A stretch of DNA of 63,758 bases, filler included, from Globobulimina sp. (lineage: Eukaryota): NCBI GenBank assembly GCA_003354225.1. It is 17 parts of 17 records of this genome, joined end to end, with 100 filler letters (N's around TTAATTAATTAA, not from the genome) between each part and the next. Parts side by side here need not be neighbours in the genome. Positions count along the whole stretch, not along the records: positions 22,551 to 26,207 come from PIVH01002310.1; positions 26,308 to 29,964 come from PIVH01002311.1; positions 30,065 to 33,720 come from PIVH01002312.1; positions 33,821 to 37,476 come from PIVH01002313.1; 13 more parts are not named here. The stretch is one strand, 5' to 3'. Position numbers and translations under genes: made by a program. Shown here piece by piece: positions 22,551 to 34,372 of this stretch. The notes beneath the pieces were generated by a model. It was not told the origin of the DNA. It did not search any database and saw only the letters and a program-made list of their open reading frames with translations. Positions within the stretch are counted from its first letter, which is position 1. Every line of letters begins with the position of its first letter.

Positions 22551-24465
22551 GCAGTACGCACTAATAACTTACTTAATCTCCTCCAAGAATCAGATATTGC
22601 AGTTTTATTCATATTGGTTTCCAAATCTTTAATCTGATCATCTGTCAATATCCTATCTTTTACCTGATATCTATGGTAACCACAACCAACTCCTACACAG
22701 CACAAACATAATATTGTCAGCATGGTACATAAAAAAAACCATTCTCCCCAACCATAACTATTTAAATTTAATAAATCAAACGAATTCTCATCAGCAGAGT
22801 ATTTAGGGACAGTGGGATAAATTGCAGGTGCTGTTGGCTCTGGAACCGGTGCGGTTGGCCCTGTACTGGGCAAAAACGCAGGGATCAAAGTTAAGCTATA
22901 TTCAAAATCATTCTCTTCATCACCCAAAAAGTCAAAGAGCATAACTCCTGTATTCCAGTATGGATAGCTACGAGCCACTGCTCGAGAGATAATATTTGCA
23001 AAAGTTATTGCTGGAATATATCCATTCGCATCTGATGTATGCAGAGATTTCGCAATCACGATTTTTGCAAAGTTTATTGCTACATTTTGTTTATTTGTAC
23101 CAAGCAATAAATTATCCATCGATGTATTGTGTGATTTAAATATTGTTTCAAATGTACTATACGTAATTGTGCCTATATTCAAAATCAGCAAAAGATGAAC
23201 ATTCAAACCAAAAATGAACATTATAATACAAGACCTGAGTCGTAAAATTGTATGTTGTACCACGTAATAAGAGGACTGCAAAATTCATGTAACATTAAAA
23301 ATCCTCCATTTGGGAATTGAACTGATTTCTGAAAGAATATAGACGAGGCTGTATGAGTGATAATAAAATATGGATTTAATGAATTCCTATTCAATGCGGA
23401 ATTTAGTGATTCTGTCAAGAGGATTAAGTCAATTTCTCCAGTTGCTACATCATCAAAATATATACTTTGTGTTGCATCAAAATTTAGATTTATACCATCA
23501 AACCAATAATTCCTAACAATGGCTGCTAAGTGTGATGCAATCGTATACGGACTGACCGCTGTTCCAATCCAATCATCATTTATTATATGAGCCAATATAT
23601 CGTCATCTTGGCCACCAAATGTTGATAAGAATATTTTTATGTCAGAATCCGCATAAATGTTATGTAAAATAATACGGATTTCAGTATTTGAGGAAGTCGC
23701 TGATCCAGTTAATATTGCAATAGTTTGCACACTCAAATATTGGCTGGGATTAAACCAAAACTGCAGTGCATTTATGCAGGTTTCATTTGATATTATATAG
23801 GAGCCAAAGTTCAATACATTGTAATGATGTGGAGTGCCTTTAGAATACCCCGGCAACCCAATAGAGGCTAAACATGACAAATCATCGCCAACATCACACA
23901 ATACTCGATTTATATAGCCAACAAAATATGGAAACTGTAATTTTGATCCGAGAAATGGCGTATCGGGTTTGTCTGTGGTGGTGGTGGGTGTTATTGGTAT
24001 ATGTGTTGGTGATACAGCTGGCAATGTGGGTGGTAATGTGACTGGGAACTGTGTTGGATCTGTGTTGAAAGCAAACGTTGGTTTTCTGGTTGTTGGAGCA
24101 GACACGAATGTATAGGTTGAATTCCATCGTGCTGCACTGATGAAATTTTGTATAATATCTTCAAAAATCAGCACTTGATGCAATGAATTGGTTAGTTTTA
24201 CTGTTAATGGTGCAATATAATAAGTTGTGTCGTTTCTTCTGCACGTCCAAGGATAAGGCGGCCAATCTTCGGGGTTACATGAAATATATGTTAGTGTATT
24301 GTCTGAACGCACTTGAACTTTCGTTAAAGTGTAAATTGAAGGAGGTGTGGAATCAATGATAGTGCATTGATACCACCATTGGCTGACTGAATTGGAATTT
24401 TGGATATCAATACAATGTATACCATCAACAACCAACCATAATAATAAAGCATGCAACGAAGCCAT
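22551..24465 (-). CDS. Type I membrane GH18 chitinase-like protein with degenerate active site (3' partial)
   Basis: Signal peptide, PT linker, GH18-like barrel (KIFLSTFGG, FDGINLNFD, IITHTAS, WYNIQFYD). Intron 23173-23234 joins the two ORFs. A TM helix lies near the C-terminus. Confidence 0.7.
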
Positions 24466-24602
24466 TTTGCGTTTAGTTAAATTATGAGAGTGTCAAAAAG
24501 AAATTACCTGAAAGCCTGAAAGTAAGTGTTTAATTATTGAAAAAACAAACTAAAAAATATAACAAATATATATAACAAATTGGTGCTTTTTTATAAGGAT
24601 AT

Positions 24603-26207
24603 CTATGAAGTGTGAAATTCATATAAATACTTTTTTAATAAACTAAGTGCTCGCTGTGGTTGTGTAGTTGGTACCATATGTCCAGCACTGCGAATAGTAA
24701 TAAAATGTAAGGCAATATTATTGTTATTTGAATCCATATATTGCGTATAATAACCACCCAATTGATTTGCATCATCCTCCCATGCATTCCATTGTATATC
24801 TTCATTTGCTTCATATCCATCCCATCGATCCAACCAATATTGTGTCCCTTGCAAGCCACAAACACTATCATCATCACCTGAATATATGCATAACTTCAAA
24901 TTATTACTCGCTGCATATTCACTGACGATCTTATCATAATATGTTTGCATAAATGTATCATAATCCTCGGCGGGCCAGGCATCCCACACTAAATCACTAC
25001 ACATCTCCCATTGTGTTGCTTTCACATTCAATGCTGTTTGAACCTCTGCTAAATTTAACCAATTCGCCATATTATATTCAATACATGGCAAATATGAACT
25101 TGCTGCGGCTGAATCTGTATTTTCTGCTTTCAACAACGTTTGTTGACCAGAAACTGTATTATAAATTGCAGTTAATTCCTCTTTACCCATTCTCATATTT
25201 AATGCATCATAATCTGCATGATTCAATACGTTGGACATAAACCGCTTTGCATGTTCATGTAAATGTGCATCTTTTTGATACCTCGACCGTGTAATCGCAA
25301 TATTCCCCCAATCCTCATCCAAAATACATTGCGGAAAATCCAAAGCATATACGTTGGAATTGTAACTTGCTAAATATGCCCGAGTATAAATTGCCGAACA
25401 AATTGCATCATTATCAATGTTATCCGAATTGTCCCAACATAGACTCCTCCACTTATCCCAATCTGCACTCATCATCAGACCATGACCATAGACACCACCA
25501 ACAAAACCATACGTATTCTCATACCAATCAGTATATGGATTCCCTGCATATTAATGTGTTGCAAACCTTTATAAAAATAAGATGGCGCATTTACGCATCA
25601 GATACCTAACAAAAATCCGCCAAAATGAATGTACGGTGTTGAGTCCGCATCGTTATTTTGCAATATTGTATAGGTTGTCATTGGTACATAATGCCCGCCC
25701 CATGATTCCGATGATAAATAAATTGTATTATCTTGATAGTGAGGGAATTTAGTTAAGAAATTCCTAATCACAGCGTCCATATCGGCAGCAGCCTCGAGGT
25801 CGCCAGCAACAATGTTATCATCATCTGATACGCTAAAACCAACACCAAAGGGCTGTTCTAAATATACCATATTTACTTCTGTAATCCAGGAATATGGATT
25901 ATATTCAATAGCTAAATTATTGTGCACTCTCCATGGACCGTGTTCAGTCAATAAACCATCCAATCCGCTACAACCAGGCCCTCCATTGGTCTGTGGTACA
26001 GTTATATTAATTTTATATTATATGTACAGTATGAAAGTAAATAATTAACCCAAAAGAATAACGGTTTTGTTAGTGGATCGTCGGAGGTATCAGCTTCAAT
26101 AAACCAATAATGTATTTCATTGTTATTATTCGCTAATAAATAACCTGAATATTGCTTGAATTCACAGTTTGTGATTGAGGATGAACATGATGGCGGATCT
26201 AAATTTG
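24603..26207 (-). CDS. Serine carboxypeptidase S10 (5' partial, two introns)
   Basis: QYSGYL, TNGGPGCSGL, SESWGGHYVP, YSGDDDSVC and TIRSAGHMVP motifs. Confidence 0.95.
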
Positions 26208-26307
26208 NNNNNNNNNNNNNNNNNNNNNNNNNNNNNNNNNNNNNNNNNNNNTTAATTAATTAANNNNNNNNNNNNNNNNNNNNNNNNNNNNNNNNNNNNN
26301 NNNNNNN

Positions 26308-27031
26308 AATAACTTTTCTCGATATTTTAACTGCTACGCAAAGAATAGCGATATTAGCAGCATGCGTGATGGGTCTCTGTTGGATTGAATGGTTGATCAT
26401 ATTTTTCAATACAAAGGACCTGCATCAAATACAAGTTGCAACAAAATTTGTTTTAACTGAAAATGATGGTTGTAATTATAAATATTTTGGCAAAGTATCT
26501 GTTCCTTATAAAATAGTGCATCATTATGACACTGCAATCACATCAATCTCTGAATTGTCAGCGTTGAGAGGATCAACTCAATACAGGTTGTTATTGGAAA
26601 TGAATTATGTAACGGCAACATCTCTATTATGTGCATTATTCGTCAATTCAAACCAAAAAAATGAAGCGCATTATATATTAGCATTTATTGTATCAATCGG
26701 TAATATTATATTGGGTTATTTTGAGATGAACAGATCGGATGCACTCCATACAATTATTCATCTGATTGGTGCAAACTTAATATGTTTAATACAAATTGCA
26801 TTTGTTTTGCAACAAAATTGGTCAACATTTTCATTGACTTTATTTGTGGTATCAATGATTGCTTTGCCTGGTTGGATTTTCTTTCATTTTTATGATTTTC
26901 AAGGATGTTTACCGTATCAATCAAAGGATAAACAAAAAATACATAATAAAAGTTGGTATTGCATTGTAATTGAAACAGTTGGAATGATATCAATTAATAT
27001 TGCTCAGATTGCATATATTTATTACCTGTAA
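26308..27031 (+). CDS. Multi-pass membrane protein (5' partial)
   Basis: About 6 hydrophobic helices and an H-x3-H motif. Family not certain. Confidence 0.65.
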
Positions 27032-27309
27032 ATACTATAATTATTATGTCTAATATTATTATATAATATATTCAAAAGTGATATAACAACTTTCCTCAGT
27101 TTTATATTTTTCAGTTCTTAAATTAAGGAAACATCACCTTTTCATTTTTCCAGCTGTAATTATGTCATAATCTATACCAGTACCTATTTTTAGCTGTAAT
27201 TAGATTCAAATTTAGCTTAACTTTCTCCGATTTAAAGTATCAATTCTACAACAAACAACAAACAAATTCTAAACAGATAGCACAAAAAATCCGAAAAATC
27301 CGAAATACT

Positions 27310-29790
27310 ATGAATATTTTGCATTACTCATTATGGGTATTATTTGTATTATTGATGGGAAATCAGGAGGTTTTTTGTGAGTATGTATGTTACAATGAAT
27401 CCGAACGTAACACATTAACATATTTGAATGCGCCCAATACAACAATGTACCATTTACAACCCATTAGAATATTGCAGGGTGCGTGGTCCATTCAAATCGT
27501 AGCACAATATGCAGGATATTTATATTTGAAAGAAAAAATCGGAGTTCCAGTCTCATTTTATCCGGATAAAGAACCCTACACTGCACCGTATGGCTTATAT
27601 TCATATAATTATAACGAAGATGAAAAATATCCATTTTATTACTGGAAGTGGATAGAAAATGATTTATACGATTTAACATTGGGACAAACAACGATTAGTA
27701 ATGAACGAGTAAATGGAGATAGTTATTATGTTTCTGGCAAAGTTAATTATTTTGGATTTGATGGAATTAATGAAGAAATGGCTTGGTTTATTCCGCAATA
27801 TGCTGTGGATGAAAATCCTTCATTGATAGTACCATACGAGTTAAAATACAATGAAACGTTTAAACAACACATCATTGATTCTTATACGATACTGTCAGAC
27901 ATAAATTATATTGAATATTATCATAACAATATCAACCAAACAAGAGACAAACAACATGATTTTTATTCATATCCGAATTATACAAAACCAATTATTTGGG
28001 GCTCATATAATTATTACACAATGTCTAAATATTCACACAATTTAACCAATAATTTATTTGATGGAAGCGGCATTGGATGGGATTTTATCCCATTGGGTTC
28101 AGAAGAATTATTAACAGATTTTATAATGGATTTATATAATAAACGGTTACCATTTATTGTGAATTTATATTCACCGCATTTAGATTTTGCAATGAAAACG
28201 AATACCGGTGAAACCGTTAAATTTTCTCGAATTGCTTTACCAAGAAACCCATCACATACTGCGAGAGATGAATGTTTTAAAAATGCGCAATGCGAAATTC
28301 CAATTGAATCATACATTAAAATTGCAAATCCACGATTAAATTATAGATTTCCTGAAATCAACCATTTTACACAAAAATTCCAAATCGGATCTACTCAAAT
28401 TACGCAAATATTAAATATTCATAATAATATCCGATTGGCGCATAAAAACGACGCAAATAATTCAAATTACGATGCAAATGATGAATATTTGGAAGCAATG
28501 TGTGTGTGGTTTAAACAAAACGAAGATGTTATATCCAAATGGTCGATTCAAGTTAATCGATATCACTGCATTGAACCTTGCGGTTTTCCGTATTTTTATG
28601 ATCTGAATGGAAACGAAAACGAGAAAATTTATATTAATAATACGAATGAATATATTTTCGGAGATTGTGCATTTTTAGAAACTGAGGAAAAATGCATTTG
28701 TGAGTCAGATTTATTATATAATGATTGCACTAAATCATGCCCAGGATTACAAGGACCATTTTATGATAATATTACTGGTAATTATACGATAAATGTATGT
28801 AGCAACCATGGAAAATGTGATATTAACAATGGTTTTTTATGTGTTTGTGATACTGGTTTTGGTGAAGAAGATTGTTCAAAGAAATATATGCATTTTGTGT
28901 ATGATAAACGTGGTTTTATAATATTTATGGTTGTATTTATTTTATTGATACTGTTAATATTATGCTCTGTTATTTGGTTAATAAAATATCGGGAAATTGC
29001 ATCAATTAAAATAATGGCAGTAAATATGTCCATTTTATTTACTTTGGGATTAATGTTGGTGATGATTTCAAATATAATCAATTTATTTTACAACCAATCA
29101 TCATTGGAAATATTCGCTACCAATAATACCTACATTGCATGGCATTGTAATTTGCGTTTTTGGATGGATGGGATTGGTTTTATATTAATTATTGTCGCTC
29201 CATTGTTGAAAGTGTATCAGGTTGCCATGATATTTCGAGCTGCTCACAATTTAAAAAATATTAATTTACCAAATAATCAAATACTTATTTATCTTTCTCG
29301 ATTTGTTGCAATTCAAATAATCATTAATATCGTATATAGCGCATTATATTTTTATGGTAATGGCGCAACAAAAACGTTCTTGGCTGAACCATATTATCTC
29401 ATACAATATGAATGTCAGAATAGCTCAACCACACAGATTGAATATATAAATTATTCATATACATTTTTTTTAATCATATTATTAGTATATTATTCATTTT
29501 TGAATAGGAAATCTGCTGAAATTTTTAAAGAAGAAAAATGTGCATTTTTTGGATCATTTTTTGCAATTTTTTGTATTATTATAATTGCGGCCTTCCGTTA
29601 CACCACAGAGGATAAACAGATTATTATTTCCATCGAGTCATTATGCCTCGCAATTATAATATTATTGATTTGGGGATTATTTTTCGGAGAAAGAATATGG
29701 ACATTTTATATGTATCCAGAAACAAGAAGGAAAAGTAATGTTATCAAGCAAATGTCAGTAATGTCAGTACGTTCAAAGACTGTAATGTAA
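27310..29790 (+). CDS. Class C (7tm_3)-like GPCR with periplasmic-binding-protein-like ectodomain and EGF module
   Basis: Signal peptide; ectodomain motifs W-S...LKEKIGVPV, WFIPQY, NLYSPH and IKIANP; EGF CSNHGKCD..CVCDTGFGEEDC; 7 TM helices with class-C-like C..RFW..GIGF, LKVYQV and IFKEEK. Confidence 0.8.
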   Translation: MNILHYSLWVLFVLLMGNQEVFCEYVCYNESERNTLTYLNAPNTTMYHLQPIRILQGAWSIQIVAQYAGYLYLKEKIGVPVSFYPDKEPYTAPYGLYSYNYNEDEKYPFYYWKWIENDLYDLTLGQTTISNERVNGDSYYVSGKVNYFGFDGINEEMAWFIPQYAVDENPSLIVPYELKYNETFKQHIIDSYTILSDINYIEYYHNNINQTRDKQHDFYSYPNYTKPIIWGSYNYYTMSKYSHNLTNNLFDGSGIGWDFIPLGSEELLTDFIMDLYNKRLPFIVNLYSPHLDFAMKTNTGETVKFSRIALPRNPSHTARDECFKNAQCEIPIESYIKIANPRLNYRFPEINHFTQKFQIGSTQITQILNIHNNIRLAHKNDANNSNYDANDEYLEAMCVWFKQNEDVISKWSIQVNRYHCIEPCGFPYFYDLNGNENEKIYINNTNEYIFGDCAFLETEEKCICESDLLYNDCTKSCPGLQGPFYDNITGNYTINVCSNHGKCDINNGFLCVCDTGFGEEDCSKKYMHFVYDKRGFIIFMVVFILLILLILCSVIWLIKYREIASIKIMAVNMSILFTLGLMLVMISNIINLFYNQSSLEIFATNNTYIAWHCNLRFWMDGIGFILIIVAPLLKVYQVAMIFRAAHNLKNINLPNNQILIYLSRFVAIQIIINIVYSALYFYGNGATKTFLAEPYYLIQYECQNSSTTQIEYINYSYTFFLIILLVYYSFLNRKSAEIFKEEKCAFFGSFFAIFCIIIIAAFRYTTEDKQIIISIESLCLAIIILLIWGLFFGERIWTFYMYPETRRKSNVIKQMSVMSVRSKTVM

Positions 29791-30072
29791 GTAATGTAAG
29801 CGTTTGTGTCACACATTGACCATAATTAAATATAAGCCACACATGTATTTTGATGTGACGTTTAAGAGTGAGAGTTAGAGCCGATGCCGTCAGAGTCTTC
29901 TCTATCTTTAAACAAAGACAGCTCTTTTTTATACTTTAGAATAGGCCGTGTTAGAAACACTGCGNNNNNNNNNNNNNNNNNNNNNNNNNNNNNNNNNNNN
30001 NNNNNNNNTTAATTAATTAANNNNNNNNNNNNNNNNNNNNNNNNNNNNNNNNNNNNNNNNNNNNCCTCCGAA

Positions 30073-32994
30073 ATGGGACATTATTCGCAGCGGTCTTCGA
30101 ACAGATTTGCAAATTTGGACAAATTGAATATGCGTAATAACGCCACATTGAATTCGCAGAAGACAGAATTTGGAGATCCGAAAACGTCGCCTCGTTCGTT
30201 GTTCGAGTACCTCGAAAATTCGATTTTTTACGATCAGAAGCCACCGTCGCACGAACCGTTTTGTTTTGTGGTTTTGAATATGAATCATTGGCATAACGGC
30301 GGCGACCAAGTAACGGAATGGATCACGAGATTCAGCCAACAGTTGTTCAAAAAGGAGGATTCGCGCATTATTTGCACCGGGAAGGACACGTTGAACATCT
30401 CGAATGTGAGCACTTTGAATATGAAATCGTTGACTTGCTTTGCGCCGCGTAAACTGGCCGAGTTATTTAAGTATTTTTGTCGCGATTTTGAGTCTAAATT
30501 CGATCCCTCGCTGGCTGAGATTGAGCAACATGGCGCGTTGCAAGAGATATTTGATGGGAGGCCCGGAATGAGCAAGAAAGTGAGCCAATACGTGCGATAT
30601 GTGTTTGCCTCCAACGATATGGAAGAGTCAGAAGCAGACATTGTTATCAATTTGGATTTCATCGCAAAGAATTATCTGACATCGAAATATGCCGCCAATG
30701 ACATAACTGGCTTACGCCAAATGTTCAAAGCGGGCTCGACTTCGGTTCCCAAACATATCGGTTCACCGCGGAACAGTATCCACCTAAATACCGAGGGACA
30801 TTTATCATTGAATGCGTATTCGAGCGGTGCTGCGTCGCCGTATACTCCCAAATTAAAAAAGCGTTTTTTCAACGGGACACCGGCAGATCCCGAGGTGTTG
30901 ATAGCCGATCAATGCAGTAACACCGAAATGAGTGCCATTATGCCGGCCGGTGCTGGGGGTTCACCGCCTGTGTCCTCCACCAATTCCAATTATATGTTGT
31001 ATGGTTATTCTATGCAACCACAATATCACCAAATGTATCCACAGCAACATTACATACAACAGCAACAACGGCCATTAATATTGGTACCGCCACCGCCTCC
31101 GCCTCCTGCTCCGCCACAGCAACATGTACAGCAGCAATATTATAATAATATGGGTAATACATACATGTCACACACACATATCCCGCCATCGTCGCGTTTG
31201 TTTCAGAATAATGCGTCAACGCAAAAACCAATGAGCACGCCCGGCGGTTCGCAGTCACTGAGCCAAATAAGCCATGACTATCCGCGTCGAAATGTGCGCA
31301 AAAATAACAATATGAATAACATGAATAATATGCTGAACACCACCATTGTGAGCACCACATTGTCCACAACCTATACCAGCTCCAACAGCAATCCTTCCAT
31401 TCCTACCAATTTAATGCGGTACAATGAATCAATTGAAACACTGAAAAACAGTCAGAAAAAACAGTTTAAAAACGGCGCATCGCGCATATCGGACAGCGTC
31501 CAGAATCTATTCACCGCTCAAGAAACACCACAACGATTATCGAGCAAAGCAAAACCCGGCAAACAGTCCTTTACGTTTATTATCAGCGACGCAAACAACA
31601 AACCGAGTGGCTTTCCGCAATTATCCTTCAAACCCTTCCATCCGATCGGCACCTCCACCACAGACAACTTAATGCCATCGCATCGCTTGCGGAATCTAAA
31701 CAAATCAATCTCCAAAACACCGCCGCAAATGCAAGAGAAAGAGGCCTCGGACTCGGACTCGATGGAACCCGCTCAATTGCAAGAAGCGCCACAGCCAATT
31801 GATTGGGGCACCAACTATGTGATTAGCAGTGCCAGCAATACCACCATTATGACCGCCTCCATGTTCCCGCGGCAAATGTCGATAATGCACCAACACCGAC
31901 GCAGTACCTCCGTGCCGGGCGCGCTGTTACGCAGCAGATGCAGCAGTATGGCGTTGGACACCATTTTGGATCCCGAGGTCAAGGAAAATAAAACCGTATC
32001 ACCGCAAAGCACTACCAATACCAAGTCAGATCAGCATAAATCCATTCAGTTATTGGATAAAAACATGGGGCACAGTTTGCAGTTTTCGATGTTGACAGAA
32101 GTGTCGGCGTTGAATGAAGAGACGAGCGTAGAATGCGCAGAGCAGAAAGATTACAATTTTGATAATTTGATGGCCTTTGATAATAATCCCAGTGTACATA
32201 GCAAGAATGCGTCGTTTCTAATGTCGCCCAAACAGTCCGTGACAGATTATGAAGGCGATGGGGCCGTTGATGTGACGCAGCCGGATTTGAAAGGGGTACA
32301 ATCCGCCCCTTTGCCATTGGAATCAGCAGCTTTGCAGAATGAGAATGAGGGCACATATAATAAAATGGCTATGACAGACTGTGCGATTATTGGCATCAGC
32401 CATAGCTATTCGGCCCGCAAAATATGGTTAAATTCGTGTGTTGCGTCGAATAATGATATTGCGAGACTGCAGGATTTATTTCCGAATCTAATGCAAGAGT
32501 TTAAGCGTTTGACCAAATGCGAAACGAGACAGCCCACATTGCAGCAAATTGAGTTGTTTTTTGTGAAAACGGGCGGTGTGTACAGTATGAATGAGTCGTT
32601 GCCATTTATTTGTGCTGATAAGTTCGATAAATTTTTCGCGTGGTTTCGATCGATGTGCTCCATTATCAAAGATTTGCGGCCAATGTATAATCGCGCGGAG
32701 GACCCATTGATTGGGCTGTTTTATGGCAGGAATACGGCGCAGGAAACCTTGGAACATAAACCTGAGGGCACCTTTGTGTTAAGATTGGCGTCGCAGCAAA
32801 ATGGACTCGCCATAACCTATAAAAACCCAACCGGCAAAATTCAAAATGTGTTACTTACGCGGATAGCAAATGAAATGTATAAAGTCGGCAAATCTGAGAA
32901 AGAAACGTTGTTATTTAATTTGATTCGGCCATGGCCCAAATTAAAATATTTGTATACTCCCAATAAATTAATCAAAAAAAAATTCTTGTTTTAA
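30073..32994 (+). CDS. Large low-complexity protein with C-terminal STAT-like linker and SH2 domain
   Basis: Pro/Gln/Asn-rich middle region; FDKFFAWF linker; GLFYGRNTAQETLEHKPEGTFVLRLASQQNGLAITY SH2 core with the conserved Arg. Confidence 0.85.
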   Translation: MGHYSQRSSNRFANLDKLNMRNNATLNSQKTEFGDPKTSPRSLFEYLENSIFYDQKPPSHEPFCFVVLNMNHWHNGGDQVTEWITRFSQQLFKKEDSRIICTGKDTLNISNVSTLNMKSLTCFAPRKLAELFKYFCRDFESKFDPSLAEIEQHGALQEIFDGRPGMSKKVSQYVRYVFASNDMEESEADIVINLDFIAKNYLTSKYAANDITGLRQMFKAGSTSVPKHIGSPRNSIHLNTEGHLSLNAYSSGAASPYTPKLKKRFFNGTPADPEVLIADQCSNTEMSAIMPAGAGGSPPVSSTNSNYMLYGYSMQPQYHQMYPQQHYIQQQQRPLILVPPPPPPPAPPQQHVQQQYYNNMGNTYMSHTHIPPSSRLFQNNASTQKPMSTPGGSQSLSQISHDYPRRNVRKNNNMNNMNNMLNTTIVSTTLSTTYTSSNSNPSIPTNLMRYNESIETLKNSQKKQFKNGASRISDSVQNLFTAQETPQRLSSKAKPGKQSFTFIISDANNKPSGFPQLSFKPFHPIGTSTTDNLMPSHRLRNLNKSISKTPPQMQEKEASDSDSMEPAQLQEAPQPIDWGTNYVISSASNTTIMTASMFPRQMSIMHQHRRSTSVPGALLRSRCSSMALDTILDPEVKENKTVSPQSTTNTKSDQHKSIQLLDKNMGHSLQFSMLTEVSALNEETSVECAEQKDYNFDNLMAFDNNPSVHSKNASFLMSPKQSVTDYEGDGAVDVTQPDLKGVQSAPLPLESAALQNENEGTYNKMAMTDCAIIGISHSYSARKIWLNSCVASNNDIARLQDLFPNLMQEFKRLTKCETRQPTLQQIELFFVKTGGVYSMNESLPFICADKFDKFFAWFRSMCSIIKDLRPMYNRAEDPLIGLFYGRNTAQETLEHKPEGTFVLRLASQQNGLAITYKNPTGKIQNVLLTRIANEMYKVGKSEKETLLFNLIRPWPKLKYLYTPNKLIKKKFLF

Positions 32995-33949
32995 TACGTA
33001 TTGTTTTATTTAACAGTTTTTTAATTAAGCTCTTTTGATACAAAATTTTAGATTTTTGTTTATATTTTTATCGTAATTTTATATGTTTTTGTTGCTCAAA
33101 TATTGTTTTATTTGTGTTTTTTTTCTTTTTTTTTATTATATTATATAAGTATGATAAGTTTGTTTGTGACTGTTTTCGTTACATTTTAAACAAACAAACT
33201 TATTGTATCTATTAAGTATTAAGTAATAAATTACATTTGTATGTATGTTGTTGTTGTATTTTTTAGATTGATGGTGTTTTTTAAAAAAAAAATGTTATTA
33301 ATGCTTTGCTTGTAATTTTATTTTAGTATGTTTTATTCACAAATGATATAATCAATAAATGCAATTGTTTTTTTTGTTGTTGATTTTTTTGTATGTTTAT
33401 TTAAGATCGCTGGTGTACTTTGTTTTTGTTTTTTTATCGATCTGATAATTCTGTAAAGGTTTTGTGTTTTTGTACGATTAAATTGCATATTCTTTTATTA
33501 TTCAATCCTTTTACCTGCATTCACATCCTACAGGAACTTTTCTGGGTTTTTTTTTCGTTTTTTGCTATTCTGTTTTTTTTTTGATGTACTGTTTGCGTCT
33601 TTTCCTTTTTCCTTGATACACACGTAAAAAGTTAAAAAGTCTCAGTTTAAATTTAAAGATACGTTTAACAAAACTGTGTATAATTTGAGAAAATGTCTTG
33701 GTTGTACTCGTTAACCAATANNNNNNNNNNNNNNNNNNNNNNNNNNNNNNNNNNNNNNNNNNNNTTAATTAATTAANNNNNNNNNNNNNNNNNNNNNNNN
33801 NNNNNNNNNNNNNNNNNNNNAACACACACACGATTGGCTAAAACCTTAAAAAACTTAAAAAAAACTGTGATAATTGGGATTTGAACCCAAATCTTATTGA
33901 ATAAAATGCTCTCATCGAGCTATTATCACTATCTTCTATTGATTGCGAT

Positions 33950-34090
33950 AAATGGCTCGCTACGCTCGCCAATATGCTATGATTACTATGCGGCGGCTTC
34001 GCGCCATAAATACCATAATGAATACGATTCGGCGGCTTCGCCGCCATAAATAGCATAAAACTACGTATTCAATAAAACTACGTATTCAAT
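33950..34090. repeat. Short GC hairpin motifs and direct repeats
   Basis: CGGCGGCTTCG(C)CGCCATAAATA x2, ATAAAACTACGTATTCA x2 and CTCGCTACGCTCGCC. Confidence 0.6.
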
Positions 34091-34372
34091 TTGTTTAATT
34101 TTGCTCCCCCCACCCCCACCGAGCCCCCTCGGCCAAAAACTGTGTTTTCGGAAACACGTTTCTTGTCTTGAAAAAACAAATTGAATAATATACTAAATTC
34201 GCTCAGAAACACTGCTCAGATATTACGGATTTCGAATTGATTTACCCTTTTTCTTTTTTTACGCTGAAAACAGGATAACTATTAATATACTTAAATATAC
34301 AAATGAACCAAAAAAAAGTATATGCACTGTAATTGTGTAAGCGAGTAAGATATTATATGTACATATACCAAC

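Noticed and set aside
30285-32757. Many short antisense ORFs opposite the SH2 gene, and similar shadow ORFs elsewhere
   Set aside because: They overlap well-supported genes and carry no motifs.
32995-33720. T-rich tract as a terminator or regulatory element
   Set aside because: It is ordinary low-complexity eukaryotic 3' UTR or intergenic sequence.
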